64,000 nucleotides of DNA, from contig CAWCXJ010000013.1 in NCBI GenBank assembly GCA_963799485.1, positions 384,001 to 448,000 of the forward strand. Reading direction: 5' to 3'. This document shows, in pieces, positions 53,178-62,533 of this stretch. This DNA is from an uncultured Trueperaceae bacterium. GTDB taxonomy: Bacteria > Deinococcota > Deinococci > Deinococcales > Trueperaceae. Every line of letters begins with the position of its first letter. Within the stretch, counting starts at the first letter, position 1. The position numbers were made by a program, and so were the translations under genes. Under the pieces are notes generated by a model. The model was given only the letters and a program-made list of their open reading frames with translations. It searched no databases and had not been told where the DNA came from.

Positions 53178-54389
53178 ATGACGCTGTTTCTTACCTTGCT
53201 CTACGCGCTCGTGTTGCCCTATATCGGTTTGATGCTGCTGGTGGTCGTGGGCCTTTTACGGCAGAGCGCCCGCCCGCAAAACACTGAGGCACTCTCTGTC
53301 AGCGTGATTATTCCGGCGCATAACGAAGAGTCTAAGCTCGCGGCGACGCTCGCCTCGCTCAGCAAGCAGAGATATGAGGGAGCGCTCGAGTTCGTCATCG
53401 TCAACGACCGCTCAACCGACGCGACCGAAGCGATTATCGAAGGTTTTGTCCAGCAAGACGCGCGTTTTCGTCTCGTCAACGTCTATCTGCCGAGCCGCCG
53501 CTTGTCGCCTAAAGTCAACGCCGTCAACACCGGCATTCAGGCGTCTTGCGGCGAGATTATCCTGACTTCGGACGCCGACTGCCAGTACCCCGAAACGTGG
53601 GTCGCGGGCATGGTCTCGCACTTCGCCCCGGATGTGGCGATGGTCGTGGGGTACGTCGAGAGTACCAGAGCGAATGACGGCTCGAGCGCGGTGCAGCGTT
53701 TTGAATCGACCGACTGGTTGTCCCTCATGATGACCTCGATGGCGCTGACGCACTTCGGCTGGAAGTTCGCCTCGAGTGCCAATAATCAGGGCTACCGCCG
53801 CAGCGCTTTTGTCGAGATCGGCGGTTTCGGCGCGTCGGGCCGCGCCCCTTCCGGCGACGAAGACCTCCTCACGCAGCGGATGGGCAGGCTCCAAAAAGAC
53901 CGGATCGTCTTTGCCAACACCCCCGACATCCGCGTCTACACCCAACCGATGCAGGGCGTTTACGCGCTGCTGAATCAGCGCCGCCGCTGGGTCAGCCGCT
54001 ACTTTCACATCATGCACTACCACCCGGCCTTTTTTGCGGCGATTTCGGTGTTGGGCGCGCAGAGCATCGTGCTGAGTCTGGGCGTCGTGCTGGCCTTTTT
54101 CAACCCGGCCCTGATGCCTTGGGTGTTCGGGCTCTGGGGCGCGAAACTGACCGTCGAAGTTCTAGGCATGCATTTGGGCGAACGGCTGATGGGGCGGCGC
54201 GACCTGGGCGGTCTCAACACCGTTACTTGGGCAGTGCTGCACCCGTTTTTTATCGCTACGGTGGCGCTCTGGGCGTTTATCAAATCCGGCGAGTGGAAAG
54301 CGGGCGCGCAGAGCTACCGCCGCCGCTTCGTCAAGCGGCAGTGGCGCGAATGGCTCCGCAAAGTACGTGGGGGCGGCAGTATTCTTTAG
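53178..54389 (+). CDS. Membrane GT2 glycosyltransferase
   Basis: N-terminal TM, IIPAHNEE, NDRSTD, SDAD, SGDEDLL, QRRRW, C-terminal TMs. Confidence 0.88.
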   Translation: MTLFLTLLYALVLPYIGLMLLVVVGLLRQSARPQNTEALSVSVIIPAHNEESKLAATLASLSKQRYEGALEFVIVNDRSTDATEAIIEGFVQQDARFRLVNVYLPSRRLSPKVNAVNTGIQASCGEIILTSDADCQYPETWVAGMVSHFAPDVAMVVGYVESTRANDGSSAVQRFESTDWLSLMMTSMALTHFGWKFASSANNQGYRRSAFVEIGGFGASGRAPSGDEDLLTQRMGRLQKDRIVFANTPDIRVYTQPMQGVYALLNQRRRWVSRYFHIMHYHPAFFAAISVLGAQSIVLSLGVVLAFFNPALMPWVFGLWGAKLTVEVLGMHLGERLMGRRDLGGLNTVTWAVLHPFFIATVALWAFIKSGEWKAGAQSYRRRFVKRQWREWLRKVRGGGSIL

Positions 54390-54403
54390 CTTTTAACTGT
54401 ACT

Positions 54404-54426
54404 CGAGCCGGACGGCTCGCTTTTTT
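54404..54426 (+). terminator. Intrinsic terminator-like hairpin
   Basis: CGAGCC GGAC GGCTCG followed by C and T6. Confidence 0.6.
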
Positions 54427-54511
54427 GCCTGAGCGTTTTACGGCGAGCCTGAAGTGCTAGACTGTTCGGTACTTCACAGGGGCTTATGCACCTAACGTTT
54501 ACGGAGGCATC

Positions 54512-55747
54512 ATGAAAGTTTTTATTTTAGGCGGTGACGGTTTTTGCGGCTGGCCGACCTCACTGCACCTGTCGAACCTCGGTCACGAGGTCGTCATTAT
54601 CGACAATCTGTCGCGGCGCAACATCGACAACGAACTCGGCGCGACCTCACTCACCCCTATCTTGCCTATCGACAAACGCATCGCGGCGTGGAAAGAAGTC
54701 TCAGGTTACGAGTTGGGCTATTACAATCTCAACCTGGCGACCGAGTACGAACGCTTTTTGGGAGTTTTAGAAGCTGAACAGCCCGACGCCATCGTGCATT
54801 TTGCCGAACAACGGGCCGCACCCTATTCGATGAAGTCGCCAAGGCACAAACGCTACACCGTCGATAACAACGTCAGCGCGACGCACAACGTCCTCTGCGC
54901 GGTCGTCGAGTCGGGGCTGGACGTTCACATCGCGCACTTGGGCACGATGGGCGTGTACGGTTACGGCACCGCCGGGATGAAAATTCCGGAGGGCTACTTA
55001 GACGTCGAGGTCGTGACAGAAACCGGCGAGCGGGTCCAGCAGCAGATTCTCTACCCGACGAATCCGGGCAGCGTCTACCACATGACCAAAACACAAGACC
55101 AGCTCTTGTTTGCCTTTTACAACAAAAACGACGGCGTGCGCGTCACCGATTTGCATCAGGGTATCGTTTGGGGAACAAATACAAAAGAGACGGCCCGCGA
55201 CGAACGCCTCGTCAACCGCTTCGATTACGACGGCGATTACGGCACCGTCCTAAACCGCTTTTTGATGCAGGCCGCCGTCGGTTATCCGCTGACGGTTCAC
55301 GGGACGGGCGGACAGACGCGGGCCTTCATTCATATTCAGGACACCGTGCGCTGCGTCGAGCTGGCGCTGACGCACCCACCCGCTGCGGGTGAGCGCGTCC
55401 GCATCCTCAACCAGATGACCGAAACCCACAAGGTACGCGACCTGGCGCAGCTCGTCGCCAAACTCACGGGCGGTGAGGTGGCAATGGTGCCGAACCCGCG
55501 CAAAGAGTCACCGGAAAACGAGCTGCACGTCAAAAACGACCTGTTTTTGGATATGGGCCTCAACCCGACGACGCTTTCCGAGGGACTTTTACTGGAAGTC
55601 ACCGAGATTGCCAAAAAGTATGCGGACAGGGCCGACCTGAAGAAGATTCCGGCGACGTCTTTGTGGACAAAAGCACAACAAGCGGGCATCCCCGCGGCGG
55701 GGGTACCGGAAGGTGTTGCCGAGGAGAAGCTCGAGCCCGCCTCCTGA
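54512..55747 (+). CDS. sqdB: UDP-sulfoquinovose synthase
   Basis: GGDGFCGWPT, HFAEQRAAPYSM, HLGTMGVYG, PGSVYHMTK, DLHQGIVWG, RFDYDGDYGTVLNRF. Confidence 0.92.
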   Translation: MKVFILGGDGFCGWPTSLHLSNLGHEVVIIDNLSRRNIDNELGATSLTPILPIDKRIAAWKEVSGYELGYYNLNLATEYERFLGVLEAEQPDAIVHFAEQRAAPYSMKSPRHKRYTVDNNVSATHNVLCAVVESGLDVHIAHLGTMGVYGYGTAGMKIPEGYLDVEVVTETGERVQQQILYPTNPGSVYHMTKTQDQLLFAFYNKNDGVRVTDLHQGIVWGTNTKETARDERLVNRFDYDGDYGTVLNRFLMQAAVGYPLTVHGTGGQTRAFIHIQDTVRCVELALTHPPAAGERVRILNQMTETHKVRDLAQLVAKLTGGEVAMVPNPRKESPENELHVKNDLFLDMGLNPTTLSEGLLLEVTEIAKKYADRADLKKIPATSLWTKAQQAGIPAAGVPEGVAEEKLEPAS

Positions 55748-55999
55748 GAGTTACAAAACACAGCTAAAAAGCTTTGAGCAAGGCGGTCAGAAATTGAGGT
55801 CGCCTTTTTCAGAACGTAACCACGAACAAGCTTCCTAGACGCTGGGGTCTCCTCCACTAAATGGAGCGTATCAGCGGATTCGGCGGCGGAAACAAGGCAA
55901 AAGTTTGCCAGCTTTTATAAGTTGACAATGAGAAGCCTGAGATGCTAGAATCAGCGCGGTTAACCAGAAAATTCAGCTTGCTGGTCTTATGGAGAAGAG

Positions 56000-56521
56000 A
56001 TGAGTAAGCGTTACTTGACAATTCTGGCTTTTGTGGTTGTGACAGGTTTTGGCTTGACAGCATGTAGTAACGAAAGCTCTGACGGTGTAAGCAACAACAC
56101 CCGTGCATACGTTCACTCTGCAGACACCCATCCCTGTCTCAGCGTGGCAGTAGTGACACCCGATGTACTTATTGGGATTGAAACGACAGTTCGTGTAGAC
56201 GTCAACAACCGTTGTAACGAAGCAACCACCTACGAAAGCTCCGGCCCTCCTTACTCCCTAGCACTTGTTCGTGACGACAATAAGGTGGTCTGGTATACGC
56301 CATCAGAGCCTGTCACCGCAATTCTTCTTGAGTACACCGTAGAGGGAAACGGAACCACATCCTATGATGTACCTGCGCTGCTCTCAGCCGATACTGTATC
56401 TCCTGGAAACTACAAGATGATCGCCAACCTTTTTGTTCATCAGATAGACCCGGACGCAACGCAGTATGAAAAGCCTTTAAGGCTCGAGTCAGAACCGCAA
56501 AACGTCGATGTAAGCCTGTAA
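56000..56521 (+). CDS. Hypothetical lipoprotein (possible Ig-like/BsuPI-like fold), lower GC
   Basis: Lipobox LTAC; beta-rich; VVWY...PGNYKM pattern. Confidence 0.65.
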   Translation: MSKRYLTILAFVVVTGFGLTACSNESSDGVSNNTRAYVHSADTHPCLSVAVVTPDVLIGIETTVRVDVNNRCNEATTYESSGPPYSLALVRDDNKVVWYTPSEPVTAILLEYTVEGNGTTSYDVPALLSADTVSPGNYKMIANLFVHQIDPDATQYEKPLRLESEPQNVDVSL

Positions 56522-56529
56522 ACCAACGT

Positions 56530-56563
56530 AACCCTCGAGCCACAAACTTAAGGCTCGAGGGTT
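56530..56563. terminator. Perfect 12-bp stem-loop (possible bidirectional terminator)
   Basis: AACCCTCGAGCC...GGCTCGAGGGTT. Confidence 0.6.
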
Positions 56564-56629
56564 TGTATTAGCTTTAAGCCACATCTAAGCAAACCGCCAG
56601 TAATAAGGCATCTCTGGTACGCTAACCCT

Positions 56630-57775
56630 GTGCGCGTCGCCTACTTTACCGAAACCTTCTTGCCCAAAATCGACGGCATCGTCACCCGGTTGATGCGGAC
56701 GTTGGAACAGCTCCGGGCTTTAGGTCACGAAGCCATCATCTTCGCACCGCAAAACCCACCGGATACGTTTTCAGGCTTTCCTGTCATCAAGGTGCCGGCG
56801 GTGCCCTTCTATCCGTGGTACCCCGAACTCTTTTTGGGTCTCCCCCGCCCCCGCCTGGGCCGCGAATTAGACCGTTTCAAACCCGATATCGTGCATGTGG
56901 TCAATCCAGTCATTTTGGGCATGTGGGGCACGGCAATTGCCAAACAGCGCAACCTGCCGCTCCTGGCGAGTTTTCACACCGACCTGCCGCACTACGTCGA
57001 ACACCTCAACCTGGGATTTCTCAAACCGCTGTCGCACACCTGGATTCGGGACGTTCACAACCAGGCGCACGTCAACCTCTGCACCAGTCAGCCGATGGTC
57101 AATTCGGCGCAGGGCCTCGGCATCGAAAGGGTACGGCTCTGGCCCAAAGCGGTCGATACGGTGCGCTACACCCCGAATAACAGGTCTTCGGCGATGCGTT
57201 TGCGGTTGTCGGAGGGGCAGCCGGAGCTGCCGCTAATGGTCTACGTCGGACGGTTATCGTTTGAAAAACGGCTCGACTGGCTTTACGCGCCCATCACCAA
57301 GCTTCCGGGGGTGCGGTTGGCGTTTGTCGGGTCAGGCCCGGCAGAGCGTGCACTGCGTGAACAGTTTGCCGGAACGCCGACCGTTTTTACGGGCTACATG
57401 AGCGGCGACGAGCTGGCTCAGGCTTACGCCTCGGCGGACGTGTTCGCTTTTCCGTCCGACACTGAAACACTCGGCTTTGTGGCGATGGAGGCGATGGCTT
57501 CGGGTGTGCCGGTCGTCGGGGCGCGGGCCGGCGGCATCCCGGATGTCATCGACGAGGGTCAGAACGGTTTGATGTTCACGCCCGGCGACCTCGGCGATCT
57601 GACTGAAAAGCTCCGCACGCTGCTCTTCGACACAGAACGCCGTAAAACGTTCGGGGAACGCTCACGCACTGAGATGGAACGCTGGAGCTGGCGCGCGTCA
57701 ACTAAAAGACTGCTCGCGTACTACGCGCTGGCGCAAACGATTCACCGCCGCTACGACCCGCCGAGCAAGTACTGA
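56630..57775 (+). CDS. sqdX: GT4 sulfoquinovosyltransferase-like (SqdX/SQD2)
   Basis: FTETFLPKIDGIVTRL, HVVNP, SFHTDLPHY, NLCTS, YVGRLSFEK, ETLGFVAMEAMASG; near sqdB. Confidence 0.78.
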   Translation: MRVAYFTETFLPKIDGIVTRLMRTLEQLRALGHEAIIFAPQNPPDTFSGFPVIKVPAVPFYPWYPELFLGLPRPRLGRELDRFKPDIVHVVNPVILGMWGTAIAKQRNLPLLASFHTDLPHYVEHLNLGFLKPLSHTWIRDVHNQAHVNLCTSQPMVNSAQGLGIERVRLWPKAVDTVRYTPNNRSSAMRLRLSEGQPELPLMVYVGRLSFEKRLDWLYAPITKLPGVRLAFVGSGPAERALREQFAGTPTVFTGYMSGDELAQAYASADVFAFPSDTETLGFVAMEAMASGVPVVGARAGGIPDVIDEGQNGLMFTPGDLGDLTEKLRTLLFDTERRKTFGERSRTEMERWSWRASTKRLLAYYALAQTIHRRYDPPSKY

Positions 57776-57912
57776 GCGGCAAGCGACGTTGCTTTAGCTG
57801 TAACCACGCCGAGACGTCAGCTGCGCCGCGCGCCTGTAGTTAGCTGCTAAGCATAGCCAAACGGTTTCGACACCTGATTCGCGCCACTGCAGGAATGCAG
57901 TAGCATGGGGCC

Positions 57913-58806
57913 ATGACTGTCCGACCGTTTGAAAACCGAGACTTGCCGGGACTTCTAGAGTTACTTAAAACCCAAGATGAAAGGTCGTCGCAGCGCAGCA
58001 TGACGCCCGAAAGCCGGAGTATCGAAGAATTGGCGCTCGAGCTAGGTGAACTCAGCCCCTACACCGAGATGGTGCCTTTGGTCTTGGAACATGAGGGCCG
58101 GGTCGCCGCCTACGTCGCGTTATGCAACTACGAAGGCGAAGTCTTTTTAGAGGGGCCGCTGCTGCATCCTGAACTCGAGGTCGATGCGGATTCGCTGCTC
58201 GCGCAAATCATCAGCGAGGCCGGGGAGCGCGGCTACAGCTACCTCGAGGCGTTTATCGACGAGGCGAACCGGCGCGTCCAGGACGCGCTCGTCAAAAGCG
58301 GTTTCGAACCGTTCCACACGACCTATATCTACGAATTTCGGCGCGACACGCCGCTCAAACCACTAAGCCCAAGTCAGTTTCGTTTCGAGGTCAGTAAAGA
58401 GATCGACGTGGGGCTTTACCGTGACCTCTACCGGGATACGAGCGACAATTGGGCGACGCGGCTGGCATGGTTCGACGAAGACCTGCAAGAACGCTTTAAC
58501 GACCCTCAGGTCAGCCTGACGGTCGTTTACGAAGCAGATGCACCCGTGGGACACCTCGAGCTTGAACGTCTACCCGAAGAAGGCTACGCCGAAATCGCCT
58601 ATTTTGGGGTGCTGCCTGCTGCGCGCGGCAAAAAGCTGGGCCGCGAACTCTTATTGCACGCGCTGCACGACGCGCTGCAAAATGAGAGCGTCGAAATCGT
58701 TTTGGCACGCGCCCACGACGATGAACGCTCGGCGTCGTTTGCGCTCGAGGCCGTCGGTTTTAGGCTCTCACACGGGGTGGTGTCGTATACGCGCGAGCTG
58801 GCTTAG
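57913..58806 (+). CDS. Tandem GNAT acetyltransferase
   Basis: Two GNAT-like halves; YFGVLPAARGKKLG, LEAVGF. Confidence 0.75.
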   Translation: MTVRPFENRDLPGLLELLKTQDERSSQRSMTPESRSIEELALELGELSPYTEMVPLVLEHEGRVAAYVALCNYEGEVFLEGPLLHPELEVDADSLLAQIISEAGERGYSYLEAFIDEANRRVQDALVKSGFEPFHTTYIYEFRRDTPLKPLSPSQFRFEVSKEIDVGLYRDLYRDTSDNWATRLAWFDEDLQERFNDPQVSLTVVYEADAPVGHLELERLPEEGYAEIAYFGVLPAARGKKLGRELLLHALHDALQNESVEIVLARAHDDERSASFALEAVGFRLSHGVVSYTRELA

Positions 58807-59000
58807 TCCTACAGTTGCAGATGGCGCTTTTGCCGCCTGAAACGAGCGTGTCTCGCCTGGACCCGATGCCGCCGCCACCACGACCGAGCCAGAACAAACT
58901 GCGAGTCCAGCCTGCCATGCCAGAACAGCAGACACGGCAAATGCCACACCTCCGGCACACTCAGCGCGATCAAGCCATCGTTTGGGATGCTCCTTTTTAG
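58807..59000 (-). pseudogene. IS701-family transposase C-terminal fragment
   Basis: LIALSVPEV...FVLARSWWRRH...RHLQL* resembles IS701 C-termini. Confidence 0.6.
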
Positions 59001-59654
59001 CCTCACGACTACAGGTGCAGCAAGATGAAGTGTTGACCAAACAGATTCAAACCATCTACCAGCAGAACCGACGAGTCTACGGAGTGCCCCGTGTCCACGC
59101 TGAATTACACGCTCAAGAGATACGGTGTAGCCGCAAACGCGTCGCCCGGCTCATGCGCTCGGCAGAGCTTAAAGGCAAAGTCAAAGGAGACAAAAAACCC
59201 AAACGGTCTCCGCCATCTACGTCTGCTACCAATCTTCTGAGAACTCACGAAGTCGTGACGAAACCCGACCAGGTTTGGGTTTCTGACATCACCTATTTGC
59301 GTACGGGTGAGGGCTGGGAACTAGGCTCACCAGGTGCGCGGAGGCACTCCCTGTCACGAGTGACGAGTGCTGCGCAGCAACGGTCGCCGGCCGCAGGGTG
59401 CCCGTTCGAGCTTTATCTGGCAGTCGTTATCGACGCTTACTCTCGCAAGGTTATTGGCTGGGCCATACGGGAGCATCTTACCGCTACGTTGACGCTGGCT
59501 GCTTTCGAGGTGGCCTATCGACACAGACGTCCCCGACCGGGCTTGATCTGTCACTCGGACCGTGGGTCTCAGTACACCTGTGCAGTTTTCCAGCACTGCC
59601 TGAAAACATCTCGGGCACGGTTCAGCACGGCCCGTAGCTGTTACGAAAACGCTC
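59000..59654 (+). pseudogene. IS3-family OrfB fragment with an in-frame 93-bp insertion
   Basis: YGVPRVHAEL, RKRVARLMR, WVSDITY, GEGW[insert]LYLAVVIDAYSRKVIGW, HSDRGSQY, CYENA. Confidence 0.88.
59318..59410. repeat. 42-bp micro-element copy B carrying a nested 51-bp hairpin insert
   Basis: Outer 17+25 bp match 20781-20822; inner 59335-59385 includes TGCTGCGCAGCA and GTCACGAGTGAC. Confidence 0.8.
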
Positions 59655-59656
59655 TA

Positions 59657-59920
59657 GGGTCTGTCTGACTAAACTTCATAGCCATAGCATGATGGAAGCG
59701 ACAAGCACACCAGCGCGGTAGTTTCTACCCCGCTTGTCATGGCGGGTAGCCACAGCACGAAAGTCTTTAAGCCGGTTGATGCAGCGTTCAACAACGTTGC
59801 GACCCCGTTGGGGGTTGGTGGCTAAATGTGGCTTTAGCGTTTGCCACTGCTGCTCTTTCAGGTCTGTCCGTGCCATACCTTTACCCTAAACCGTCTTCAT
59901 CCCTTCTGTCAGACAGACCC
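59657..59920 (-). mobile_element. Internally deleted IS5-family (IS427-like) mini-element
   Basis: IR GGGTCTGTCTGAC at both ends in CTAG context; 66-aa ORF fuses MARTDL..QW to RNVVERCINRLK.FRAVATR.DK. Confidence 0.85.
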
Positions 59921-59923
59921 TAG

Positions 59924-61470
59924 ATGAGATGTGGTCTTGTGCAAGACAGGCGTCAGTTTATGCACGTTCTCGCACGCTTCGGAGCGCGCTAGGTTAAAGT
60001 GTGCGCCCAGCACGTCGAACGTCGGATAGTTCTTGAAGGAGTAGTAGGTTGTCAACAAAGGTTTACAGGATAAAGCCGAGCCAACTTGATGCGGGCATCA
60101 GCGGTGGTGAACTGCCAGTTCACTTTGGTGCCCAGCAAGTTGCGTTCGAATGTCCAAGCACCTACTTCTTGCGTAAGCCGGGTTAAGTCGGCGCTGCGCC
60201 TGTCTAGACACTGCTTGCTGAGCGCCGCAAATTCGATTTCAACGGCGTTTAGCCAACTGCCATGCTCAGGCGTGTGGTGCAACTCGAGCTTGGCGGCAAG
60301 CCGATGTGCCTCCTTGGGTTCAAAGGCTTCATAGAGTGACGCCTTTGAATGGGTGTTGAGCTGATCGAGGACGACGATAATCCGCTCTGCTTCAGGAAAG
60401 AACTCGTCTACAAGCCGCTTCATGCAGGCGGCGAACGCCAGCTTCGTTCGCCTTTGCGTCACCATCATCTCGCGCCAGCCCAATAGCGGTGCAAACAGCC
60501 CAAATACGTTGGCCGTGCCGTTTCTGACATACTCGAAATCGAAACGGGCAAGCTGTCCAGGTTTAGCGGGGACAACCTCACGTTTGTCCCCAATGAGGTA
60601 ACACGGACGTTCGTCAACGCAGACCACCGGAAACTTCGGGTCAAGCGGTCGCTCGTATACATCCAAGACATCTTCCATGTGAGCGACAAAACGGGCACTC
60701 GCCTCCGGAGGGATGCACCACTGTTCCTTTAAGTGAGGGGACAACTCGTTTTTTTGAGCGTCTGACGCACCGCTTCATGTGAGATAGTGCTGACCACCTC
60801 GAGTTCCACAAGCTTATCTGCGAGCATTCGCAACGTCCATCCTGCGTGTCCGGCGGGCGCTTCACTACAGGCGAGCGCAATCAGTCTAGCCTCGCCACGT
60901 CCGTCAAGTTTACGGGGCTTGAACCTCACCGCTTGAGCGTAGCCAAGGGCTGCTTGTAGTCCCTGTTCGGCAAACAGCCGTTTCGTGCGCCACACGGTTG
61001 TGCTGGCTATGCCCAGCACCTTGGCAATCTCTGTATCGCTAAGGTGTTCACCGTTGGTGTCGGCAAGTAGCAAGATACGCGCCCGGTCAATCTTCCGAAC
61101 ACGGGCGCTGCCTTTACGTGTCAACGTTTGAAGCTGTTCTCGTTCTTCTTCGCTCAGGCTGATCTCTCGTCTTCGCATTCTCTAGCTTACTCTGTAAACC
61201 TTTGTTGACAGCCTAATAGTAGTAAAGCAAAAATAGTAGCTTCGCCTCAGCACTCGGCAGCTTCCCTTTCCGTCCTGCGCCTGGTCTTCGCTGTTTGCCT
61301 CCCGGCTCGTGCACTTGCGCCTTCTCGGTTTCGTACGTCTCAGCAAACCCCTCCGTTAGCGCAGTGAACTTCTCCTGTGTAAGTCCTGTCAGCGCGCTGA
61401 GCCGTTCATCTCGTATCTTCGCCAGCATCTTCTCAGTCTGGCAGCTTCGCAGACTATTGGGGAACGACTC
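59924..61470 (-). pseudogene. IS5-family ISL2-group transposase fragment split by IS630
   Basis: LTGLT..F..L, RRPGAGRKGKL..EAKLLFLLYY continues across the IS630 as KNYPTFDVLGAHFNL. Confidence 0.7.
60044..61216 (-). mobile_element. IS630-family element, apparently intact (orfA 60729-61178, orfB ending 60052, -1 frameshift at A7)
   Basis: Long IRs TAGG(T/C)TGTCAACAAAGGTTTACAG with TA flanks; DERP, YVRNGTANVF, DQLNTH, TPEHGSWLNAVEIE. Confidence 0.92.
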
Positions 61471-61539
61471 TAGTCACTTATTCGACGCTATTTCGCAGAT
61501 GATTTAGGTAGGTTCGACGCTGGTTGAAGCCAAGCGCCT

Positions 61540-62054
61540 TGAAGCGGTGGTGGCAGACCGTGAGTTCACCGGCAAGCGCTGAGGGACTTAAGGCGCGTCA
61601 GCTCGTTACGCTGCCGGGTTTTTGGGTTACGCTTAGGTGTCGCCGTGACCCAGAGTAAAAAAGGCGAACTCGTGGTACTCGTGTGTAACGCCGATCCCGA
61701 CCAAGCGCTTCGACGTTACCCGGCTCGCCGGCAAATCGAATTCAGCGAAGCGCCGAGGCGAAGCCGTCCGCTTTTGTCCGCCTTGAAGTCACGGGGCTTT
61801 AACCTCGAAGACACCCACATGACCACGTCCCAACAGCCGGATAAACTTTTGGCTCTGTTGGCGATCGTGTTTGCCTGGGCACATCTTGTCGGTGAGCGGT
61901 GCTACCACGACCGGTCGTTAAAGCTTAAAGATGGTTACCTGCCCCAAAGCTGTTTCAAACGCGGCCTCGACGCGCTTCGCTCAGCCATCCTCGCAGGTCA
62001 TGCGCCCGCCCCCATCAGCCTTGACCAGTGTCTCAAACTTTTGTCCCCGTAGTG
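61540..62054 (+). pseudogene. IS4-family transposase fragments with right end
   Basis: VVADREF; QIE[insert]..SALKSRGFNLEDTH; end CTTTTGTCCCCGTAGTG. Confidence 0.8.
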
Positions 62055-62142
62055 AGGACGTACTTAGCCACCTAAGTTAAACTTTTGTGTCCGTTTACCC
62101 CTCTCCAAGACCATTTGTGTCTTTGGCATTTTTGCCGTTACC

Positions 62143-62505
62143 CTAACGCGCTTCTAAAATCACTACTGCTGTCGCGTGGGTGCGGGCGTGGCTCATGCTT
62201 AGGTGTGCGTTCCAGCCGTTTCGTTCCATCTCGGCGGCAATATGCTCGGAGAACTTCAAAACGGGTTTGTCACCGTCGCGCACAACCCACACGTCACGCC
62301 AACCGTGCGCCACGGGCCACGTCTTTTGAAACGCTTCTTTTGCCGCAAAACGAACGGCCAAGGACGGCAGCGGATGTGGTTTTTTCAGGCAGTACGACAG
62401 CTCATCGGGGTGAAAATGCCGCTCCAAAAACCTGTCGCGGTGCCGGTTCCACACACCCTGAATGCGGCCTAGTTCAACAATGTCGAGTCCTACGGCGATA
62501 ACCAT
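62143..62505 (-). CDS. acpS: Holo-ACP synthase (4'-phosphopantetheinyl transferase)
   Basis: VGLDIVE, RFAAKEAFQK, LSMSH; start ATG 62505. Confidence 0.92.
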   Translation of the reverse strand: MVIAVGLDIVELGRIQGVWNRHRDRFLERHFHPDELSYCLKKPHPLPSLAVRFAAKEAFQKTWPVAHGWRDVWVVRDGDKPVLKFSEHIAAEMERNGWNAHLSMSHARTHATAVVILEAR

Positions 62506-62533
62506 AACGTCAGTATAAAACGGCGTTTGAAGG

